Assembly: GCA_043228905.1 (NCBI GenBank)
Contig: JBHGNT010000760.1
Span: forward strand, 1-16,138
DNA from: Azolla caroliniana
Taxonomy: Eukaryota > Plantae > Polypodiophyta
DNA: 16,138 nucleotides
Reading direction: 5' to 3'
Below the pieces are notes generated by a model. It was not told the DNA's origin. It did not search any database and saw only the letters and a program-made list of their open reading frames with translations. Positions within the stretch are counted from its first letter, which is position 1, and each line of letters begins with the position of its first letter. A program made the translations under genes and the position numbers. This document shows positions 7,652-16,138 of this stretch, piece by piece.

Positions 7652-9710
7652 TCAAGACTCAACTTTTTCCCAGTATTTTGCGAAATAACTGTCATCAGGA
7701 TACTTTCCTCGAAGGTGATCATAAAGATCTGATGATATTTCAGTGAAGCTAAGCGTGTTAACTTCACAGATGCGACTTAGTGCATCAGCGATAGTGTTCA
7801 TGGAACCTTTACGATATCGTATGGAAAAATCAAAGTCCTGAATGAGATTAGCCCATTGTACCTTACGACCTTTCAGGTCTTGTTGGTCACAAAAATATTT
7901 CAAGGACTCGTGGTCTGTAGTTACCACAAAGCGATTTCCATAAAGATAATGGCGCCATGTTTTGAGTGCATGTATAACTGCAAATAATTCCTTTTCTTGA
8001 ATGGTATACCGACATTGAGTAGAATCAAGTTTCTTACTCTCGAATGCTATTGGTTTACCATCTTGATATAAGAAAACACCTATAGCATAATCGCTTGCAT
8101 CGGTTTCAACCTCAAAAGGTTTTGAAGGATCAGGTAAAAGAAGTGAAGGAGCCTTGCAGACCAGGTCCTTGAGTTCCTTAAAGGCGAGGTCTAGTGTAGC
8201 ATTCCACACAATAGGTTTTGTAGACTTACGCGTTTGACCTTTTAGAAGATCAGTAAACAACGCGTTTGACCTTTTAGATGGACACGAGGAAACAATCGAG
8301 AGGGATTGTTTTTTTACACATTGAATAAAATGAATACAATCATTCAGTACAAATGTAATTGAATGATGAACCCAATCAATAGATAAAGAAGAGCTTTTAT
8401 TATAAAACCAGGGATAACCCAGTATTACATCGGTGGTACAAAGATTCATTACATGGAAGTCTACTTCCTCTATATAAGTGTCAATAGAAATTCCTAATGA
8501 ATGAATCGCCCCGTTGATGTATTGTACTCTTTCATCGGCCAAGTGCACCGTGTAGGTGTGATCACTTACGGTGGGTTGGATTCCCCATATCTGAACCAAA
8601 TGATCATTCACAAAGTTGTGTGAGCTTCTCAAATCAAACAAAAATTGTACGGGAGATCCATTGATATACCTGTTTGCATGTAGTAAATCATTGGGACCCA
8701 ATACATAGTGAGGGAAAGAACATTGATAATTACTTAAATGATGTGTATAGACCTGAAGGACATTAGGAATCTGACCTTTATGGTCTGCAGCTTTAGCTTT
8801 GTTGTCGTGCTCTTTCCATTGGAGCTTTCGACATTGATCTTTTGTATGACCCTTCTTTTTGCAGAATACGCAAAAAGGATGTTGTCGCTTACAATCGCGA
8901 TCCATGAATTCGTTGGGTGTCTTGCGTTTCCCAGCGAATTGCGACTGCTTAGTCCCGGGCGCTTCGTTGGGTTTATTGTGGTCCTTCTTCGAAGTGTGTT
9001 GATAGCGAAGAACTATTTCAACGGCCTCTTCGAAGGATTTTGGATCCTTACCGTGCACTATCCAATGATAGTCTGAATTGGGGATGCCATTGACAAAACA
9101 AGCTATTGACCAGTTGTCCCCTTCTAGACCCAATTTTTGAATTTGGGTTCTAGCATGGTGGACATAGTCTTATAGTGAGGAAAATTTCCGACTAGAGAGG
9201 TTCATTAAAGCTTGTGCTGCCTCGGTTCGAGAGGGAGGTTGCAAAAATTGGCCCTTGAAAACTGTGACAAAATCTGTCCAAGTATCGGGCAATTTCCCCA
9301 AAGTACGGAGCCCACGCCACCAGGTGGCGGCCTTATCCCCTAGTTCTCGGCCGACATATGCAATCTTCGTACTATCTGGCGTGGGATAGAGCTCAAAATG
9401 AGACTCCCATTTGGCCCAGCCACGTGCAGATTGCTTCTTCGGTTCTTTCCTTTTTGTCTCCTGTAAATGGCTTAATGACAAACGATGGTTCACCCTGTCG
9501 CTCATCAGGTCTATTAGTCTCACGTTGTAGACTAATGACACGTGCCTCGAGAGCACTTTGAGATTGCCAAAGTTTAGTCATCAGTTGAGCGGTGAAACTA
9601 AGGTATTGGGTTATTTGCGAAAAATACATCTCAATGGACATTTGTCTAGGAGGATTCCCTTGAGTTCCTTCTGCTTGAGCGGATGACATCGGGTCGTTAT
9701 TTTGAGCCAT
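7652..9710 (-). pseudogene. Gypsy gag - protease fused directly to RNase H (RT missing), disrupted
   Basis: Gag (KPFTG, DKAATWW, TWTDF..VFKGQF), zinc knuckle CVFCKKKGHTKDQC, degenerate protease LFDLRSSHNF...DVILGYPWF, then LFTDLLKG...FEVETDASD, EKELFA, TDHESL, ADALSR. Frameshift near 9415, stop at 9170-9172, and no YxDD-containing RT core. Confidence 0.92.
8228..8278. repeat. 19-bp perfect direct repeat ACGCGTTTGACCTTTTAGA at the RT-deletion junction
   Basis: Copies at 8228-8246 and 8260-8278. Confidence 0.93.
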
Positions 9711-10399
9711 TAAATGATTATTTCTTGAAAGAAATAGGATAAGTCAGAGAGATAGTCATAACATCATGTCGTGATGTAAACATATCATGGGCAAACATTA
9801 ATCGATATCATGATCTCACGTCAATACCCCTCTAGACGTATGAGATGAGGTTCAAGATCAGGTTACTATGGTAACACAAAGGTGTTTTAAAAACCATGGG
9901 GGTGACAAATAAATGTCTTTCCCTGATTTCTATATCGATTTTTTCATGGTGGCTCCCCGAGGCTCAACCATGTATGTTCGCGTCATGAATAGTTTATACA
10001 CGAAAAAAATGTTAACAATAAACTATGTTTCGGTGCCCACATATGTGGTTTCGGCTCTTTAAGGGGACCCCAAAGTGCACTTAGACCTCAAGTCTAAACA
10101 TGTGTTATAGTCATATGTATCAACAATATTGTATGGTCTTAGTCATATTTGAACTTGAGACCTCGAGAACAAATGCATTAAACACTTGAGCCAACCAAGG
10201 AGGTTACTCTTCTTGATTGTTTAATGTTTCATGCGTATAAGAGATATGCGAGGCATTTGCATATATATGTTGTTTTAAAAAAAACATATATGTCAAGGGT
10301 CCTTATTTCGCCCTCATTTACTACAACCATGTTGGTACGTTTACCTAACCTCAAGCCTCGTAATTAACACTTTAAAACCACAATGAATTGTTCTTATTT

Positions 10400-10640
10400 A
10401 ATAGACGAGCGTAATGGATGTACTTTGATTCCATTCCCACTACCAACAACCATAGTTGCACACACTTCTACATGTAACTCTCTAGTGCCCAAAGCCTTGA
10501 CAACTTTAAGACATCCTACGTGGCCACCAAAGATTTTCTAGAACATGCTCCTTTTCCCATGTTACCTTGGAAGCCAAGTTACTTTTTCCATCCCTCAACC
10601 CACTCTTTTGCTTTGACCAACCGATGGCTTCAGATGAAGA
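10400..10640 (-). pseudogene. Possible highly decayed retrotransposon gag relic
   Basis: Minus-strand fragments KAKEWVEG, KVTWEK (shifted frame) and LESYM*KCVQLW resemble the Retrotrans_gag pattern. Weak evidence. Confidence 0.3.
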
Positions 10641-11379
10641 AAGAACTAATACCTCGGCCATCATGCCCAATGAAAACACTAGTTTGTCTCTTTATAAGGA
10701 AATTTCCCTCACCATCGTGTCGCTGGTGACCACTACGATTTATCCCTTCTCCCATCACTACAGGACTCCAAAGTTGGTCCCTTCCATTTCCTTCCCACAG
10801 AAGGCATAATGTCATACAACTATCCCAAGTATAGAGAGAAGGATGCAATGTTATACCTCCATATAGATGTCACATCCCAAGTAGCTAATTTAAAACCTTT
10901 AAAAAAAAACTTGAACAAGAATGAAAATAAACACATTGAAATGTTCATCGAAAACTAGAGGCTCCACCTCAATGACATGATTCTTTTAGGACTTAGATTG
11001 CCAATCTTTGTCTAGTTTACCCTCTTCTTAGTTGTCCTATCCCCAACACAAGTGTCCCAACATCAAGAGTCAATTTCACAAAAAAACACTTCATAAGGCA
11101 ATAAAACAACCGTCCACATCTCATAGTGCACTTTATATCAAGCATTCAAAACACAATAAGAAATTTAATAATAAATGTAGATAATTTATCAATCTACGAA
11201 CTCTAAATTTTATTTAAAAAACTCTAAAACGAATTATTCATGTGAATATACCAAATCTAGGTTTCTTAAGCCATTTTATAAAATAAAAATAAAAATAGGC
11301 ACAAAACAAAATACTGTTATAGTAATCTTAATAATAAAGGGGAAAGGGCATATAAACAAGACCATGCTATGGTCAATCA

Positions 11380-12290
11380 AATCATGACTTCACTAGAACC
11401 ATGCCTCAATCCTTGGTGTAACCTATTGTTTACATACCTCATGTTCATCTTATTTGCGTCTGACTCCCAATGTTTTTTGCTAGATTTGAAATGGTTTACT
11501 ACTCGAATTACATACACTCCATAAAAACATATGCCCACCACACTATACATCAAAGTTCTAATGATTGATGAGTAGGAATATTTTTCATTTGTTCCTTTGG
11601 CATTATGGACTATGGGTAGTTTGCCTTGCTCACCCTGTTTTAGGTTGGTAGAGATGTGTCGAGGGGTTGCACTCCACACCTGTGGAACCATTTGAGTACC
11701 TTGTTGATATATTCCTCTTGGTGATAAATGAATCTTTTTTTATTAGTCTATCACATGCTATTTGTGACCTATTATGTGGCTTTCCCCCAATTAAATTTTT
11801 CATGTCAAACTTCAATTTCCACTTCTAATTCAAGACTTGAATGTCCTCCTTGGACTTTCTTGGAATTAGCCTGTTGATCCTTAACACTTCAAATGATATC
11901 CTTTATTACTCCATGACTTCTTCTACAAACCCCTCGGGTTGTTCCTTATTCATTTGGATTTCTGCAAAGAGAAGTTGTTTTCACATTCATACAATCCCAC
12001 TCTATATCTTCCTTGGTAGAAATTGATGATAACATTATCATCATTGTCATCTATACAACTGTTGAGAATATTTCATCAACATTTTCTTTGTACTACTACA
12101 GGAACCCCTTGGCCACAAGTTGAAACTTGTCCTTTGTCTTTGAGAGATCTTAGATGTGTGTTGTTTAAGTTGATAAACCCATTTATCAACAATGCTTGAT
12201 TGTTTTTAGCAAGTGTACTAGATACCATGTTTGACTCTTTTCAAATGACTTCATTTCACTTTTCATAGTCATTGTTGTCAAAGTCCATGA
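11380..12290 (-). pseudogene. Highly degenerate Ty1/copia RT relic
   Basis: Collinear decayed motifs on the minus strand: MKSEMKS, TWYLVHL, KWVYQLK, KGF, VDEIFSTVV, EQPEGFVEE, KFDMKNL, YSSIIRTLMYSVV...VIRVVNHF...HW. They parallel the young copia's MQEEMDS, NKWVFKLK, FDEIFAPVV, QPEGF, MKDLG and YASAVGSLMYAMV. Confidence 0.8.
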
Positions 12291-13264
12291 GAAAGTGTGA
12301 AAGGGTGAGTGGAACAATGGGGACTCGAACCAAAGGGGATGATCTAACAAGCTCAAATTGTATGTTGGGGTGATAAGTAAGTAGGTATCATTGGCTTCCC
12401 TCTATGTAGGAAGATGTTTATCAAGAGCCTGTGTATGTACATAGGTACTCTTATTGGCAATTTCCCATACACGTAGCCCTCATAGTAGTCTAAGTCCCTC
12501 CATTTTGGGTCGTTAGTAAGTAGTCTTGCTTTGTTGGTAGGCTTTGTTTAGGGGTTGGAGACCAAGGGGGCACACACACCTTGTTGATCCTTTGCTACCG
12601 TCTACCCTGTTGTGTGCCAAAGATGATATTCTCTAACCTCTTTGATCCTAATCATAAATCCTAGAGTAAGAAAAAAGTGATGATTGTGAAGACGACAATT
12701 CATGTTATTGTTAGAATTGCCACTAATTATTATTGTTTACATATTATACATATTTATTTTATCCACCAGAACCAAGCCAACCACCCGTTCCACCAAGTTC
12801 TTCTTATCTAGTCAATAGTCCTATTGTGGGTGTGATGATTCCCTTACTCCACAACGATCCTTCAAAAAAAGATATGTCTCTTTGCATGGCCTTTTAGTGT
12901 GTTTTTATCTACTTGATGCCAGGGGCACTCCTCTTACCCTCACTTCTCATGGTTCCTCATCATTCTTTGTGTTTTTTGTTTCCCAAAGTCCCCCCTTCCC
13001 CCCATTTGATTTCTTCATTCATTTTATGTACATCAACCTCTTCATCTCTTTGTTTCTTTTTCTATTGTGTTTTCCATTTCTATCCTGACTTGTTAAATTT
13101 CACACTCTCACTTTAGTCGATTTTATGCTTTTGACCTAACCTTCCTCATATCTACTTGAAAGACCATTGCTTTGTATAGTCTTGGTTTTCCCAACTTGGC
13201 TCCTAGAAGGATTTGAATCCATGGCAACTATGCCCCTATACAATTCCATTATATTCCTATAAAG

Positions 13265-13619
13265 ATGACATTTTTTTTCACCTCCGCCCAATTTTCTATG
13301 AGACCATTGGTATCATACACATTGTCTAGAAGAATGTTCCTAAATCACTAACTTTACAACCAATAGGATATTGTTTGCTCCTCAATACTCTTCATCAAGA
13401 AATAAGAGTAACTATGAAAATTGTTGCTCCAACTCATCTACTGCAACATGCTCGTATTTCTCCATCTTGACTTCACCCAGTTAATAAACTCTATTGAGTC
13501 ATTGCACACAAATAGTTGAGGCAGAATTCTTGGAGCAAATGTTCCTTCTTGAAAGAAGCACAAGTGTTGACGATTCATTGCAATTCTATGATTCTTCCAT
13601 GTAATAATGCACATGAGAT
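13265..13619 (-). pseudogene. Decayed retrotransposon gag-like relic, cut by the LTR at 13620
   Basis: Frameshifted minus-strand fragments GRIIELQ, LLQEF, EFINWVKS, DELEQQFS and LLDNVYDTNGLIENWAEVKK resemble gag-like proteins of non-seed-plant gypsy elements as I recall them; not database-verified. Confidence 0.45.
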
Positions 13620-14051
13620 TGTTAACTGGCCGGCAAGGAAAGTCCAGAATGGGAAAATTAATAACTGGGAGCTATTACAAATGAGAAGCGAACGGACGGA
13701 CACGGAATCGGTATGCCGATCCGGATCCGGACCGGTTCGTAGCCGGTTGCCGGTTGACACCGGTTTGTACCTAAAGCCGGAGACCTATAGAAAGGGCCGA
13801 CTAGATTGTAATCATTGGCGGATAATTAATAGAGTGTTGTTGTTCTGTATCTGAATCATTGTTAATTACTGTTCTGTGCTAAGTGTAATTTATCCTACGC
13901 GTGTATTGTGACTAAAGATATTGCCGATAGTAACCCGTTAAGGTTCCGTTAATAGTCGGTCTAAATCTATCTCACCGTAACACCCCTTTGGTGAAGTGTC
14001 TTAAGGGGACACCCTGTGTTAGGCCATTGTCCGGCCCCTAGCGATAACACA
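13620..14051 (+). repeat. Putative 5' LTR of the plus-strand gypsy element
   Basis: Starts TGTTA, ends TAACA (14049) or CA (14051) just before GTTTT and the PBS; TATA-like CTATAGAAAGG near 13784. Any second LTR would lie outside the window, so the ends are unconfirmed. Confidence 0.68.
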
Positions 14052-14056
14052 GTTTT

Positions 14057-14066
14057 TGGCGACCAC
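14057..14066 (+). promoter_or_regulatory. Primer binding site, probably tRNA-Arg
   Basis: TGGCGACCAC is complementary to a ...GUGGUCGCCA tRNA-Arg 3' end; this PBS type is known from non-chromovirus gypsy lineages. Confidence 0.72.
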
Positions 14067-14087
14067 GATTATTGCACAAATGCATGG

Positions 14088-14301
14088 ATGACTAGACCAA
14101 CAAACGACCCGGTTACGGAGCGAGAAAGAAGACTTGCCAAACGATTGCGGAAGCGAGAGGCTTTCCAACAAGCGGCAGAAGAGCTCCATGTGGATCACTC
14201 ATTTTCCAAAGTAATCCGGCGAGTGGCCAAAGAGCCACTCCGCAGGCAGTCGAATTCCCAACCGGATGAAGGAAGCAGCGTGAGCAGTCTCCGGGACGCG
14301 G
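14088..14301 (+). pseudogene. Probable N-terminal stub of gag
   Basis: ATG shortly after the PBS; MTRPTNDPVTERERRLAKRLRKREAFQQ... ends abruptly where RT homology starts in another frame. Assigned by position only. Confidence 0.55.
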
Positions 14302-16138
14302 AATGCGGTGACAGTGACCGACGCCTTTCCACTACCGTTTACGGATGGACTGTTGGATGCGGTAGCCGGGCATGAAGTGTATAGTTTCCTAGACGGTTTC
14401 AGTGGCTACAATCAAATAAGGATGCACCCCAACGACCAAGACAAGACGACATTCGTCACCGAATGGGGAGTCTTTGTCGTAGTAGTATTGATGTTCGGGC
14501 TCAAGACCGCGCCGACGACCTTCCAACAAATTATCATGGAGATATTTGGCGAGTTCATTCTGGCATTCATGCAGCTATTCCTGGATGACTTTGCCGTGTA
14601 TAGCCGAGACGGAGAACATCTCCAACACCTCCGACTATGTCTGGAGAAATGCAGGAGTTATCGACTAAGCCTGAATCCAACAAAGTGTGTGTTCGGAGTA
14701 ACAAGAGGCGCATTGCTGGGCCATCTTGTCAGCAAGGACGGGATCGCAATAGACCCCGATAAGGTGAAAGCAATCTTAGAAACCCTAACACCTTCCACGG
14801 CCAAAGCGTTGAGTCGGTTTTTAGGACAAATACGGTGGCATAGCCGGATGCTCAGGTATTTGGCCGATCTGGCTACACCATTGCATGCAGCGGTTCACCG
14901 GACACCGTTCCAATGGACAAATACGGAGGATGAGGCTTACCGGGCACTGAAAGTACTGTTGTCACAAGCACCAGTTGTGCAACCACCGGACTGGTCAAAA
15001 GAATTCCACGTGTTCGTAGATGCATCCGACATAGCAATCAACAGCGCACTAATGCAACTGACTAAACCGAAATGGTACCGACCGGTCTATTACGCTAGCC
15101 GGAAGCTATCCCATGCGGAACGCAATTATTCAACAACGGAAAGAGAAGCCTTAGGGATGATTTACAATGTGACCAAGTTCAGGCACTATTTATTGGGAAG
15201 GAAATTTTCTTTCCATGTCGACCACTCAACGCTGTTATATTTGGTCTCAAAGGCATCACTGACCGGCAAGCTGGCCCGATGGACATTGTTGCTACAAGAA
15301 TTCGAGTTCGAAATATATCATTGGCCGGGAATACAGCATGCGGTTGCCGATTATCTCAGCCGGTTAGACTCCGGTGAGACCGGCGACGGAGTCCCGGATG
15401 TTGAGTTGTTTAAAGTAACAGCCGAAACCGCAGCCGATAGCTCGGTAATTGAACAAGACAAATGGCTAACCAACATGCATCAATTCCTAAGCACGTGACT
15501 TCCACTGGAGGAGATGAACCGGGATGAGCGAAAGTGTTTATCGGTACAAAGCTGACATTTTTGTCTACTACAGGACACCCTATACCACAAAGGCACGGAT
15601 GGCATATGGCGGCGAGCAGTGCGAAGCGACGAAAAGGACACAATATTACGAGAAGCGCACTGCGGCGTTGCCGGAGGGCACTACGCCGGGGACGCTACGA
15701 CAAGAAAGATATGGCACAACGGGCTATGGTGGCCGACGACACTGAAGGACTCAGTTCGGGACGCATAAGTCAGTGATTTATGTCAACGGATGGGAAAACC
15801 AACAGAATAAGCAAGGATGCCTCACCAACTGGTGCTACTATTAGAACCATTTCAGAAATGGGGGTTGGATTTCGTTGGGCCGTTTAAAACTCCTGCAATG
15901 AGAACCGGCAACAGATATGTCATAGTCGCCACCGATTATTGCACCAAGTGGGTAGAAGCCAAGGCGTTGCGGGACAACACTGCGGCTTCAATGACAAAGT
16001 TCTTATATGAGTACATCTGGTGCTGATATGGATGCCTGATCGAGTTAACTAGCGACCAAGGCGGACATTTTCTCGGTCAGGTAGTGGAGAGCTTAACAAC
16101 ATTTTATGCAGTGGTACACAAGCGTAGTATCCCTGCTT
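14302..16138 (+). pseudogene. Gypsy pol: RT (5'-truncated) - RNase H - integrase, with in-frame stops
   Basis: [101 protein letters not shown], all in one frame. Stops at 15496, 15553, 15766, 15808 and 16024. Confidence 0.95.

Larger units (their letters stand above)
479..9710 (-). mobile_element. Ty3/gypsy chromovirus LTR retrotransposon, decayed, RT deleted, 5' LTR not found, interrupted by the copia element at 856-6174
   Basis: Minus-strand order gag - Zn knuckle - protease - RNase H - integrase - chromodomain (9710 to ~6250), PPT at 6250-6261, 3' LTR starting TGTTACG at 6247 and continuing on the other side of the copia insertion. Confidence 0.85.
13620..16138 (+). mobile_element. Ty3/gypsy non-chromovirus-like (Athila/Tat-related) LTR retrotransposon, internally deleted, runs off the right edge
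   Basis: Compositional switch at TGTTAAC 13620, LTR-like segment, tRNA-Arg PBS, short gag stub, then RT-RH-INT. Confidence 0.85.

Noticed and set aside
11380-12290. Idea that this relic is the other half of the copia at 1-478
   Set aside because: It covers the same RT segment and is far more decayed, so it is a separate element.
12319-12331. Pol III B-box-like GGTTCGAGTCCCC on the minus strand (tRNA/SINE?)
   Set aside because: No properly spaced A box, cloverleaf, tail or TSD visible.
12882-13116. Short hydrophobic ORFs (67-68 aa)
   Set aside because: Products of CT-rich low-complexity sequence; no coding evidence.
13205-13225. GGATTTGAATCC, a B-box-like motif
   Set aside because: Isolated motif with no supporting SINE or tRNA structure.
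15380-15500. Additional Tat-type (archaeal-like) RNase H between RH and integrase
   Set aside because: The spacing from ADYLSR to the integrase zinc-finger region leaves no room for an extra domain.

Overview
Eukaryotic (land-plant-like, possibly fern or bryophyte) repeat-rich DNA made almost entirely of nested LTR retrotransposons. I found no host gene, RNA gene or CRISPR array. The centrepiece is a structurally complete, very young Ty1/copia element (Tnt1/Tork-like, 856-6174, +) with near-identical LTRs, a CATAC target-site duplication, tRNA-iMet PBS and PPT. Its gag-pol is broken by one in-frame TAG. It is inserted into the 3' LTR of a decayed minus-strand Ty3/gypsy chromovirus (479-~9710) that lacks its whole RT domain and has no visible 5' LTR. 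That chromovirus abuts an older copia RT fragment (1-478). From 9.7 to 13.6 kb the sequence is AT-rich with highly decayed copia RT and gag relics. From 13620 to the end is a plus-strand non-chromovirus-like gypsy element (LTR, tRNA-Arg PBS) with most of gag/PR deleted and several stops. The strongest unexplained signal is heavy CCGG enrichment in the two GC-rich elements, clustered upstream of the TATA-like box in both LTR families. I cannot support a new biological system beyond this. All counts and translations outside the ORF track were done by eye.
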